This document shows positions 1 through 9,750 of a DNA stretch of 64,000 bases, in pieces. Under the pieces are notes generated by a model that searched no databases, had not been told where the DNA came from, and saw only the letters and a list, made by a program, of their open reading frames with translations. Both the position numbers and the translations under genes were made by a program. How positions within the stretch are numbered: the stretch's first letter is position 1; each line of letters opens with the position of its first letter. This stretch comes from Leptolyngbyaceae cyanobacterium (lineage in GTDB: Bacteria; Cyanobacteriota; Cyanobacteriia; Phormidesmidales; Phormidesmidaceae): assembly GCA_965263355.1 (NCBI GenBank), contig CBDHHL010000032.1:2368001-2432000 (forward strand). The letters are read 5' to 3'.

Positions 1-1
1 T

Positions 2-76
2 GAGCGTTATGGACGATTGCATACCATATTAAACCGTGCCTATGCAGATGCCTGCGATGACTTCGCAATGGGTTAG
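2..76 (+). CDS. 3' end of an unidentified ORF entering from outside the window
   Basis: Open frame ERYGRLHTILNRAYADACDDFAMG* ending at TAG 74-76. Confidence 0.35.
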   Translation, partial: ERYGRLHTILNRAYADACDDFAMG

Positions 77-78
77 CC

Positions 79-171
79 TATGCGATGGCCAGTGGCACGG
101 ATAATCACGCTCGGATCGCATTCAATATTCTGAAGTTAATTGATCATCATTTTGGTGACTCATCTAACTGC
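79..171 (+). pseudogene. Short internal fragment of a Uma2-family endonuclease
   Basis: YAMASGTDNHARIAFNI matches the Uma2 N-terminal motif (YAMAGGTxNHxxIAxN); similarity stops where GGCACTGG starts at 172. Confidence 0.6.
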
Positions 172-320
172 GGCACTGGGCGATGGATGGGATCGAGCAT
201 TTTGTCATCACCAGTTTCTCAATCCCATCACCGGTCGCCCAGGCTCATTTCAGGCGACTGGCCAGAGAGCGCATCATAGAAGCCTGTACGGTCTCGCTTT
301 TAGCCTGGTAACACATAGCA

Positions 321-458
321 GGCACTGGTTCCGTGTAATGGGAAAAATGCCTGAAAGGCCTATAGAGTAACGATTTTAGCGATCTTCTTCTAGATCGGCT
401 GTATCCCTTGCATTACAAGCGTTTTGGCTGAATCATCCCATCAGGCGGAACCAGTCCC
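321..458. mobile_element. Imperfect palindromic MITE-like element
   Basis: Left end GGCACTGGTTCCGtgtaATGGGA vs reverse complement of right end GGGACTGGTTCCGcctgATGGGA; related GGCACTGG...GATGGGA end at 172-190. Confidence 0.5.
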
Positions 459-621
459 ATCAAAACTGTTTTTGTGTTTATTAGAGAATTTAACTGGTAG
501 CCAGTATCCAAACATAGGTAAGGGCTAGCTACCAGCGATCGCAAATTCTTACGTTGTCAGGCAAGCATTCTGATGTTAAAGCTTGTCGACTAAAGACTAC
601 AGACTAGATAGGTTTATGGCC

Positions 622-753
622 TCAATCTACCTTGACTCGCGTTGTCAAGATTGCCATCACCTCATTGGGCCGCCCCGTGGCCAACGGACGACTCCAATCA
701 TTAGGCTCCGCATAGTTGAGCTTAAACAGCAGGGCAATGGTATTTGGCACCGA
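622..753 (-). pseudogene. C-terminal fragment of a small conserved cyanobacterial hypothetical protein
   Basis: Manual translation SVPNTIALLFKLNYAEPNDWSRPLATGRPNEVMAILTTRVKVD*; in-frame stop upstream and no convincing start. Confidence 0.45.
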
Positions 754-799
754 TGCTAGAATTAATAAGAGCTTTATTCTGCCTGGGACTCAAGCTGCC

Positions 800-1411
800 A
801 TGACTAGTATGCAGATTAAATCCGATTTAACCCCTTTGACAGTGGATTTGTCATCGCTGATGACCCAATCCAGGATGACGGAGGAGCAGTTTTATGCCTT
901 TTGTCAGTCAAATCGAGATTTGCGCATTGAACGGACAGCGACAGGTGAAGTAATCGTTATGCCTCCAGCATTTTCAGACACCGGAAATCGAAACCTTAAA
1001 ATTGCTCAGCAGGTGGCAAATTGGTCTGATCAAGATGGTACAGGTGAAGTGTTCGACTCAAGTTCAGGGTTTACCCTACCGAATGGTGCCACTAGATCGC
1101 CTGATGTTGCTTGGGTAAAACTGGAGCGATGGAATGCGCTTTCTAAAGAGCAGCAAGCCTCATTTGCGCCCATTTGTCCTGACTTTGTTGTGGAGTTGCA
1201 CTCTGCCAGCGATGTCCTAAAAACATTGCAGGAGAAGATGGAAGAATATATCGACAACGGTGCAGAATTAGGGCTACTCGTTGACCGCAAAAATCGTAAC
1301 GTATATGTATATCGCCCTGGTCAGTCGCCTGAAATTTTGACAAATCCTGATAGCATTAGCTGCGATCCGGAATTATCCGGCTTCTCACTCCAGATGGCCA
1401 AAGTTTGGTAG
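800..1411 (+). CDS. Uma2 (DUF820) family PD-(D/E)xK endonuclease
   Basis: RIERTATGEVIVMPP, GFTLPNGATRSPDVAW and PICPDFVVEL motifs; ATG at 800 (or 809) is more plausible than TTG at 716. Confidence 0.9.
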   Translation: MTSMQIKSDLTPLTVDLSSLMTQSRMTEEQFYAFCQSNRDLRIERTATGEVIVMPPAFSDTGNRNLKIAQQVANWSDQDGTGEVFDSSSGFTLPNGATRSPDVAWVKLERWNALSKEQQASFAPICPDFVVELHSASDVLKTLQEKMEEYIDNGAELGLLVDRKNRNVYVYRPGQSPEILTNPDSISCDPELSGFSLQMAKVW

Positions 1412-1529
1412 AAAGTATTTTCAGTAGTCAACCAGCCAAGCTTCATCATTAAAGTCCATGCCTGAGATTCCTATCTCCAGCCAAGCAGACCTGCTCAAAA
1501 AACTGAGAAGTCAGTTCCCCATATCGAGC

Positions 1530-1795
1530 AATTCAGCGTAGACAGTATCGAGCAATATAACGAAGGTCTTGGTTTGCTCAAATCGAAAAAATACCATAAG
1601 GCAAAGCAAACGTTCAAAGTGCTTATTTTGTCTTCCCCTGACGATTTTATTGGGTATGAAGGATTGGCACTTGTCTATAAAGCCCAGGGCAAAACTGCTG
1701 AGGCACTATTTCTAATTGGCGAAACAATCAGGCTAGCTCAGCCTCACCTTGAAAATGGCTCCATGGAAATTGAAATGAGGTTGCTGTTTTGCTAA
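1530..1795 (+). pseudogene. TPR protein fragment
   Basis: YNEGLGLLKSKKYHKAKQTF...GYEGLALVYKAQGKTAEAL TPR pattern; no proper start; collides with the NACHT fragment. Confidence 0.5.
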
Positions 1796-2554
1796 CCCTA
1801 TAAAGTCAGTTGCCAATGCTCCCAATTCTGCAGCAAATTTATAGGCGACAAAAAACTCTAACAAAGATCGATGAGCTGGAGTATAGTCTCCTTCAGCATT
1901 ACGAATCAACATCGTTTGACTCATCATGTCATGATGCCAATGATCAAGATCTTTTTGCTCTTCAACGGCAGGACCAAAGAGCTTACGAATGCGATCCGGA
2001 AATTCGCGGTAATTAATGCTCATGCGATCTGTCGAAAGCATCTCCCAAGAAAGTTCGCACATGCAATAGAGCTTGTCTGCCATTGACGTAAACGTGCGTT
2101 CAGCTTTAATATCACGTTCCATTTTGTGTTGTACTGCATAGAGATACACTCGTGACATGTCTACCGGTTTGCCTGCCTCGATATCTGGTAGAGCCTCCAA
2201 AACTAACTCTGTTAGTACTGGACGACGAGCCAGGTCTAACAATTGAGGGTTACCCATAATTTGCTCAACAGTGACTGACTGAGCTTGGTATGATAATACT
2301 TGCTGAATCTGTTCGTCGTTAAACTTCTCTAGTTCTAAGATTTCAAACTGAGGCGTCTCTCCCGTCAAATCTTTAGTGGAAGCTTGTAATTCCGCATTGA
2401 GCAAAGCACGGCCTTCCTTAGCTTCTGAAAAATGTTCTGTGCGACAGGTAAGAATAACTTTTGCACCAGGAACTACAACTTTCGCCAGTTCCCAGAAGTT
2501 GTTGATCATCTGTTGACGATCAACACGAGCTGCCATTTCATCAAAGCCATCGAA
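1790..2554 (-). pseudogene. Internal fragment of a NACHT (STAND) NTPase
   Basis: Starts at Walker B FDGFDEMAARVD; has VILTCRTEHF and AHRSLLEFFVA; Walker A and C-terminal repeats are absent. Confidence 0.8.
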
Positions 2555-2861
2555 CCAACCTAGTCTACATCAGCTAGGATAGATTCTGTGAGTTTGGCTG
2601 CCGCATCCAAAATGTCAGCCACAAACTAGGGATAGGTTGAGGTTACCCATCACGGCTCTCCTGTTCTTGAGTCTGGCCCATGTATTCAAAAGTAAGGTAT
2701 CCCTTTATAGCAGCTAATCTGATGACTTAAAACTTTGGTTTACTTTCTTTTAATGAGCTTATATTCCCTACCATTTTTGATAAAAGGTAAGGTGGTGGTG
2801 TTAAGACGCAAATATGGCATAAGCCCTTTACTGGGCAGAGTTAATTAAGGTTGGAGTAGCG

Positions 2862-5800
2862 ATGAGACGGTTCAATTTAGATAAGCGCTTATCTTCTCGA
2901 TTTGGGTTAGTTCTGCTAGGAGTATTGGGGTTCGACACTGTCACTCTTGAGATGGTCAATGCCCAGTCTGTAACATCGGCTCAAGATGGGACCGGAACCG
3001 TTGTCGTTCAGAATGGACAGCGCTTTGATGTTGATGAGGGGAGCTTATCGGCAGATGGGAATAAGCTGTTCCATAGCTTTCAATTGTTTCAGCCTAGCAG
3101 TGGGGAAACCGTCAATTTTTTGGCAGAGCCGTCCATCCAAAATATTTTTGCTCGCATTGTTGGTGGTGATCCAGCGGTGATTGATGGCCTGATTCAAGTT
3201 TCAGGCAGTCAGGCTAATCTTTTTTTGATGAATCCAGCGGGGGTAATCTTTGGGCCTAATGCAAGGTTAAATCTACCGGCAGCCTTTACAGCTACCACCG
3301 CCGATGGTATCGGCTTTGGGGCAGATTGGTTTAATGCCGTTGGTAGCAATGATTATTTATCCTTGGTCGGGAATCCGACTACGTTTGCATTTACCCAGAG
3401 CCAGCCTGGTGTTGTTCTTAATCAGGGGGTGTTGACCCTATTGCCCAACCAGACGCTAACGTTACTGGGGGGCACGGTGATTAATACTGGCACGCTATCG
3501 ACGTCTGGGGGACAGATTACGATCGCAACCGTCCCCGGCAAGCAGCTTGTCCGTATGAGTCAGGCAGGGCGATTACTAAATCTAGAATTTACTGAACTCA
3601 CACCTCAAAATTTGGCCACAAATAGGCTGCATTTTTCACCGATCATGTTACCAGAGCTGTTGACTAGTGGTGTGATCAATGATGCGAGTCAATTGGTTGC
3701 TAACACTGATGGTACGGTCAGTCTAAAAGGGTCAACCTTAGCAGTTCCCACTGAACCTGGTACGACCATAGCATCTGGCACCATAACTGTTGCCGACACA
3801 ACTGACACTGGTGGCAATATCACAGTACTGGGTGATCAAGTGGCTGTGCTACAGGCTTTTCTGGATGCATCTGGCACCGATGGTGGTGGTCAGATTCTGG
3901 TGGGAGGCGATTATCAAGGGCAAGGGATCACCCCTCGGGCGACGCAGACATTTATTGGTCAGGATGTTGCGATCGCAGCCGATGCCCAAACCCATGGCGA
4001 TGGAGGGCAAATCATCGTTTGGGCTGATGACACCACAGAATTTTGGGGTCAAATATCGGCAACGGGGGGGGTAAATAGTGGTGATGGCGGCTTTGTTGAA
4101 GTCTCGGGCAAGGAGACTCTCATTTTTCGAGGACTGGCTGATGTGACAACGTTAGCACCGGGAGGTGTCCTTGGTACCCTATTGCTAGACCCAGACGATA
4201 TTCGTATTGTTAACGGCACTGGGGGAAGTAATGATGGTGAGCTGACGGACGCTCAAATATTGTCTGATGATGGAGAAAAAGAGTTTACCCTATCGGAAGT
4301 TACATTAGAAAATTTACTGAGTACAGCTAACGTAGAACTACAGGCTAACAACAATATTATTATTGAAGATCTCTCTGATAACCAATTAACCTTTACTCCA
4401 GGTACTGGTTCAATTACCTTAAAGGCGGATAGTGATCAGAACGGTGTTGGTGACATCACCATGGCTGATAATAACGACACCATTTCAGCAGCCGGACGTT
4501 CTGTTGAATTTACAGGGGTAAATCTACAGTTGGGGGATATTACCACAGCGTCGGAAACAAGTGGTAATATTAGCCTGATCGCAACTCAAACCGTCAATGC
4601 TGCTAATTTAGTCACTCAGTCGGCCCAGGGCTCTGGGGGCAATGTCACAATTACTGCTGGAGATAACATTACCGTAGGGAATATTCTGACCGATGGTACT
4701 GCCAGCAGTGGCAATGTTAGTCTCACTAGTTCAGGGGCAAACAGCAATATCACAGCGGGAAATATTTTAACTGAGGCTACTAACGGTGTTAGCGGTAATG
4801 TGACCCTAACGTCTACCAACCAGGTTATTGGAAACGTAACCGGTGATTTGGTGATTAATGGAGAGGAAGTTGTGAATGAGTCTGATCCCCCGCCTGTTGA
4901 AGAATCTGAGGACTTTGAAGAGAACTTTGACGAGGGTGATGAGGACTTTGACACATTTGATGAGGACTCTGATGTACTCGAAAATGAAACGGATGAGTCT
5001 GACGATAATACCGTAGGTTTTGAGGATGATTCAGAGGAGTTTGGTGACGACGAAGAGTTTGGTGACGACGAGGAGTTTGAGGATGACGACGAGTTTGGTG
5101 ACGACGAGGAGTTTGAGGATGACGACGAGGAGTTTGAGGATGACGACGAGTTTGAGGATATCCCAGATCAGGTTGTTAGAACTGCTTTAAGCCGTAACAA
5201 TGCCAATGCTGCCCTGAAAGCGGTTGAATTACAACGTACCCAAGAGTTTGTTAACTATTTTGGACGTGATCTAGGCGCAACCGAGTTAACGGTACCCCAG
5301 ATTCAGCAGTTGCTTACCCAGGTGAGCACTCAAATTGACAATCAGTCTGTGATTGTATATGTCAAAGCACCAAATCTCTCGATTAGTTCTTCTACCACAG
5401 TTGCGTCTCCATTAGAGCTTTTAATTTTCACATCATCAGGAGAACCCGTGAATTTAACGGTTCCTGATGTCAGCCGGGAAGAGCTGTTTCAGACGATAGG
5501 ACGGTTTCGCAATACCCTAATTACGTCGGCTCGCCGGGGGTCTAAAAGTTATTTAAAGTCTTCTCAACAGCTTTATCAATGGCTGATTAAACCCATTGAA
5601 GATGAATTGGGCTCTGAATCCATAGACACGATTTTATTCTCCATGGATTCCGGATTAAGGAGTTTACCGATTGCAGCGTTGCACGATGGCCAACAGTTTG
5701 TGATCGAAAAATATAGTGTGGGTATGATGCCATCTCTGGGGTTGGTAAATACACAATATCAGCCCCTGGACGATGGGCAGGTACTTGCCATGGGGGCCAG

Positions 5801-6443
5801 TGATTTTCAGGTATTACAACCCCTGCCAGCTGTGCCGCTTGAACTAGAGACGATTGATCAATTATGGGCAGGGCAAGAGTTTTTAAATGAAACCTTTACT
5901 CGTGAGAATCTAGTCCAGCAACGACAGAAAACTCCCTTTCAAATCATCCACCTGGCCACCCATGCAGAGTTTAATCCAGGGGGGGCTGACAAGTCCTACA
6001 TTCAGCTTTGGAATGAGCAACTGAATTTAGATGATGTTTATACTCTGGGCTGGGATGCACCAGCAGTTGATTTACTGGTGCTCTCTGCCTGTCGTACCGC
6101 TGTGGGTAATGCGGAGGCTGAATTGGGCTTTGCGGGTTTGGCAGTGGCTGCTGGAGTGAAATCAGCCATGGCTAGTCTTTGGGCGGTAGATGATGTCGGC
6201 ACCTTAGCCCTGATGAGTGAGTTTTATCATCAGTTGAGGAACAATCGGGTAAAGTCAGAGGCGTTACGTACTGCCCAGTTAGCAATGCTAACGGGGGAAA
6301 CTCGCATTGAAACGGGGCAGTTGTTTAGTGGGCAAGAACAGTTTGCGGTGACACTGCCGCCGGAAATCCCGATTTCATCGACTGCAGATTTATCCCATCC
6401 GTATTACTGGTCCGGTTTTACTATGATTGGCAGTCCTTGGTAG
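2862..6443 (+). CDS. Filamentous-haemagglutinin N-terminal (TPS) domain + CHAT (caspase-like) domain protein
   Basis: Signal-like N-terminus; LFHSF and NPAGVIFGPNA TPS motifs; CHAT IIHLATHA, LVLSAC and HPYYWSGF. Confidence 0.92.
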   Translation: MRRFNLDKRLSSRFGLVLLGVLGFDTVTLEMVNAQSVTSAQDGTGTVVVQNGQRFDVDEGSLSADGNKLFHSFQLFQPSSGETVNFLAEPSIQNIFARIVGGDPAVIDGLIQVSGSQANLFLMNPAGVIFGPNARLNLPAAFTATTADGIGFGADWFNAVGSNDYLSLVGNPTTFAFTQSQPGVVLNQGVLTLLPNQTLTLLGGTVINTGTLSTSGGQITIATVPGKQLVRMSQAGRLLNLEFTELTPQNLATNRLHFSPIMLPELLTSGVINDASQLVANTDGTVSLKGSTLAVPTEPGTTIASGTITVADTTDTGGNITVLGDQVAVLQAFLDASGTDGGGQILVGGDYQGQGITPRATQTFIGQDVAIAADAQTHGDGGQIIVWADDTTEFWGQISATGGVNSGDGGFVEVSGKETLIFRGLADVTTLAPGGVLGTLLLDPDDIRIVNGTGGSNDGELTDAQILSDDGEKEFTLSEVTLENLLSTANVELQANNNIIIEDLSDNQLTFTPGTGSITLKADSDQNGVGDITMADNNDTISAAGRSVEFTGVNLQLGDITTASETSGNISLIATQTVNAANLVTQSAQGSGGNVTITAGDNITVGNILTDGTASSGNVSLTSSGANSNITAGNILTEATNGVSGNVTLTSTNQVIGNVTGDLVINGEEVVNESDPPPVEESEDFEENFDEGDEDFDTFDEDSDVLENETDESDDNTVGFEDDSEEFGDDEEFGDDEEFEDDDEFGDDEEFEDDDEEFEDDDEFEDIPDQVVRTALSRNNANAALKAVELQRTQEFVNYFGRDLGATELTVPQIQQLLTQVSTQIDNQSVIVYVKAPNLSISSSTTVASPLELLIFTSSGEPVNLTVPDVSREELFQTIGRFRNTLITSARRGSKSYLKSSQQLYQWLIKPIEDELGSESIDTILFSMDSGLRSLPIAALHDGQQFVIEKYSVGMMPSLGLVNTQYQPLDDGQVLAMGASDFQVLQPLPAVPLELETIDQLWAGQEFLNETFTRENLVQQRQKTPFQIIHLATHAEFNPGGADKSYIQLWNEQLNLDDVYTLGWDAPAVDLLVLSACRTAVGNAEAELGFAGLAVAAGVKSAMASLWAVDDVGTLALMSEFYHQLRNNRVKSEALRTAQLAMLTGETRIETGQLFSGQEQFAVTLPPEIPISSTADLSHPYYWSGFTMIGSPW
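5034..5159 (+). repeat. Coding tandem repeat (18-21 nt units) encoding EEFGDD/EFEDDD
   Basis: Repeated GAGTTTGGTGACGACGAG / GAGTTTGAGGATGACGAC. Confidence 0.9.
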
Positions 6444-6506
6444 GCTACCACGGCCCCCCCATGTCACCCTATACCTTTCACAATCCTGCCATCTCCCCTG
6501 TGGTTT

Positions 6507-6544
6507 CCCCGGTAGGGGCATTACATGAAATACCTCTACCGGGG
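6507..6544. repeat. REP-like palindrome (GTAGGGGC...CCCCTAC family)
   Basis: CCCCGGTAGGGGCATT-acatga-AATACCTCTACCGGGG; related copies at 40771-40847, 42851-42878, 43180-43207 and 52372-52406. Confidence 0.75.
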
Positions 6545-6701
6545 GTAGGAAATCCATAAACGCTCTTGGGATCACTTGTGTATACCTCGTAGCCTTGGCA
6601 GAGGAAAGGGTGGCACTTGGAAAATAGGCTGTTTAAGTAATCGCAACTATGCAGGTGTAGTGTAGTTTACGGTTAGGCCGATTACTAAGGTTGCCCTCTC
6701 G

Positions 6702-7751
6702 ATGACGTTGATGACATTGAACGTGCCCAGGTGTTTTCTCAAACAGGTCATACCAAACGCTACACCAGCTGATGCCCCTCCCCGCTCCCTAGGCCTGGGG
6801 AGAATCAGATACAAAAGCCGCAAGCTTGCCCTGGGGCTGGTTCTTTCCCTGGGGTTAATGTTGCTTGACCCCAGTTTAGCCCCCGCATCTGCCCAGGTCT
6901 GTTTTTTTTGGCAAGCCTGTGCGCGACGACGGGGACAGGCGTCTAACACCCGCTCGGGGGGCAAACGCACTGGCTTGATCCGGGGAGGAAATAACCCGGC
7001 TGTGCCCTATGTGATTACCCCTCGTAACACATGGGTTGGCCAACTACCAGACCGGGTTCGCTGGCATGCGGTTGAAGGCACCAAGCGCTATACAGTCCGC
7101 CTATGGTACTGGACCTATGGCCGCAATGCTCCTAGCTCGGTGCTATGGGAAACCACAGTTGATGGGGCAATTAATGAAATCGATTTTCCCACTGTGTCTC
7201 TGGAACTGGGGGGATACTACTCCATTGAGGTGATTACGGATGGTGGGGTATCGTCTAATCTGGATGAAGGGGCTTATTATGCTGGGTTCCAATTGTTAGC
7301 ACCGGAAGATTATGGGCTGTTGCGATCGCACTTAACCCAGGTCAACACCGATAATACATCTGTTTCAGCAGAGGAAGCCACCCTAGCTACAGCTGGAGTC
7401 TATTTCTTAGATGAACTATATGCCGACGCGTTACAAATTTTAGAACCCCTGGCCTTAAGTCCAACTGCCTCTGACTTAGTTTATATAGCCTTAGGGGATA
7501 CCTACAGTGAAACCGGTTTAAATCAGTTGGCGATGACTGCCTACAAGCAGGCCTTAAACATTGCACTAGCCCGGAATGATTTGCTGAGTGAAGCGACCAT
7601 TCGAGTCAAGCTAGCCAATCTCTATTTAATCTTGGAAGACATTGACCAGGCACGACAATTACTATTAGATGCCCGTCAGGTCTATGTTCAATTAGGCGAT
7701 CAATTAGAAATCTCATTACTAGACCGTCGGCTTGGGGCATTAAGTAGATGA
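6702..7751 (+). CDS. Exported protein with C-terminal TPRs (CHAT-associated type)
   Basis: Hydrophobic signal ending ASAQ, PYVITPRNT..RW beta region, TPR helices at the C-terminus; true start uncertain. Confidence 0.7.
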   Translation: MTLMTLNVPRCFLKQVIPNATPADAPPRSLGLGRIRYKSRKLALGLVLSLGLMLLDPSLAPASAQVCFFWQACARRRGQASNTRSGGKRTGLIRGGNNPAVPYVITPRNTWVGQLPDRVRWHAVEGTKRYTVRLWYWTYGRNAPSSVLWETTVDGAINEIDFPTVSLELGGYYSIEVITDGGVSSNLDEGAYYAGFQLLAPEDYGLLRSHLTQVNTDNTSVSAEEATLATAGVYFLDELYADALQILEPLALSPTASDLVYIALGDTYSETGLNQLAMTAYKQALNIALARNDLLSEATIRVKLANLYLILEDIDQARQLLLDARQVYVQLGDQLEISLLDRRLGALSR

Positions 7752-8012
7752 ATTTAAATTTGATTAATCCGGAACTATTTGTATAAAGGCAGTATACCTG
7801 CGTAGCCGCTAAATCATACGGAATAGTTTTGGTGTACCCCAAAATCTCTAAAACAGATGCTGCTGTTACTGAACTTCTTAATCGTCAGGCAAACCAGAGT
7901 CGTCTACATGTTGTAGCTGTTATCCCCATTGTTAATTTAAAGCCTTAACTACAGAAAGTAGTTAGGGTCAAAAATCTACCGATATAACATTACGAGCTAA
8001 ACTGGTAGCCCT

Positions 8013-9734
8013 ATGACCGTGGACAATTGCCTTAAATGTGCATCCATTTGTGAGGAAACTATTCTCCAACATTTAGTCTTTCGAGGCTATACCATCGTTG
8101 AGCAGCTCAGTACATGCCAAAATACTGGCACCTATATAGTCAGAGATAATCGAGAATCCGAGGGATTTTACTGCTTAGTACGTGTATTACCGCTAGATAA
8201 TAGTGACGAACCAATTTTAGAATTGGTTCAGCCCACGCCTAATATCTTAGCCGCCGCCCAACTCCTGGGTGGGTTTCAAGTAGACAGCTACAGCTATCTT
8301 ATCCGACAATATATTCCTGGGCAGCCCTTGACCTGGGAAATTCCCAATCGGGTAGGCTGGAAAGAGCCTCAGGTAATTGACTTACTGCGGTCAATTTTGA
8401 AAATCCTGGCACAATGCCATCAGGCAGGAGCTGTCCATGGCAATCTTCACCCCAACAATCTGATCCGTCGACCCGATGGCCAACTAATTTTAACCGATTT
8501 TACCGGTAATCAAGGATATTATCACCAAACATTGAGGCATCATAAAGTCGGCCTCAAAAGCAATATTTTAGGACTCTTAGAACATTCTGCCTACGCAGCT
8601 CCTGAACAATGGCAAGGGTCCCATCAACCCACCAGTGATATTTATGCCCTAGGCATGTTGGGGCTACAGTTTCTCTTGGGTCGTCAGACTTGGACCTCTG
8701 AAGAACAGCTCAATCAGTTGCTCAGCACGTTGCCCTGTCAGCCATTGGTAAGTATGCTTAAGCGCATGGTTAATAGGGTACCCGATCAGCGCTATGTCAA
8801 TGCTCAAATAACATTATTTGCCCTAGATAATATTCAACTCAGCAGCCAATCACGGCAAGCTCCAGTGTTGGTAGAACAACAAAAAACAGAACAACAAAAA
8901 ACGGTTATAAAAGAATCTGTGGCATTCCCGTCCATTGAGTCAGCAACAGACCTGGTCTGTTGCAATCCCATGTCTGCTCATCCAGAGCTGATGGATACAG
9001 AGACTTTAGTTCTAACCTCTCCTATATCACTCCAAAAAGTCTCAGTAGAAGACTTAGCCCAGCCAACAATACTACAGCTGACTAACCCAAGTCCTGTATC
9101 GGCTACTGTTAAAGATGCAACAAAAACATTGCTGTTGGCTCCTGAGTTACCTAAGAAACCACCTGGTTTAAGTGTATCTCGCGTTAAGTGGAGCCCAGCT
9201 GTTTTAGCACTGACTGCAGGGGTAGGTGGTGGCGTTGCTCTCTACCAAAACTGGAGCCATCCTAATCAAGACACAACCCCCGCAAGCAGTATTTCATCTA
9301 CGTCCGGCAAACCTGTGCACAGTAACCAAGACGCCATTCCTATACCTGTACCAGAAGCATCCACAGACTTTGATGTAGGCCCCAATTTTAGTCGGACTCA
9401 AATCGATCATTACTTTACCCAAGCTTATTATCATGCTAAAGCAAGGAACTTTTCCAAGGCTCTAACTTATTTGGAGCAGGTGCCTCAGCAAAACGAACGC
9501 TACCTGGAAGCCCAGGCAAAGATAGCTGAATATAGCAAAAAGCGAGAAATAAAGGCTCAAGTAATATTGAACGAAGCGTATAAATGGGCTGCTGTGGCAA
9601 ACTTTGAACAGGCCTTAATCTACTTGCATCAGATACCTACCCATACAAAAGTCCATCGCACCGCATTAGAAAAGATTTCAGAATATCGTAAAAAACAAGA
9701 GTTACAAGCAGCAAATCTATTAATTCTAGGGTAA
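8013..9734 (+). CDS. Hanks-type Ser/Thr kinase-like protein (probable pseudokinase) with TM segment and TPR-like C-terminus
   Basis: YAAPEQ and SDIYALG present; catalytic loop reads HGNLHPNN and DFG reads DFT. Confidence 0.8.
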   Translation: MTVDNCLKCASICEETILQHLVFRGYTIVEQLSTCQNTGTYIVRDNRESEGFYCLVRVLPLDNSDEPILELVQPTPNILAAAQLLGGFQVDSYSYLIRQYIPGQPLTWEIPNRVGWKEPQVIDLLRSILKILAQCHQAGAVHGNLHPNNLIRRPDGQLILTDFTGNQGYYHQTLRHHKVGLKSNILGLLEHSAYAAPEQWQGSHQPTSDIYALGMLGLQFLLGRQTWTSEEQLNQLLSTLPCQPLVSMLKRMVNRVPDQRYVNAQITLFALDNIQLSSQSRQAPVLVEQQKTEQQKTVIKESVAFPSIESATDLVCCNPMSAHPELMDTETLVLTSPISLQKVSVEDLAQPTILQLTNPSPVSATVKDATKTLLLAPELPKKPPGLSVSRVKWSPAVLALTAGVGGGVALYQNWSHPNQDTTPASSISSTSGKPVHSNQDAIPIPVPEASTDFDVGPNFSRTQIDHYFTQAYYHAKARNFSKALTYLEQVPQQNERYLEAQAKIAEYSKKREIKAQVILNEAYKWAAVANFEQALIYLHQIPTHTKVHRTALEKISEYRKKQELQAANLLILG

Positions 9735-9750
9735 ATCATATAAACAAGGC

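Noticed and set aside
330..500. CRISPR leader/array
   Set aside because: Leader-like dyads are present but no repeat-spacer units follow and there are no cas genes in the window
5034..5159. CRISPR-like repeat
   Set aside because: Units are contiguous, in frame and coding, with no unique spacers
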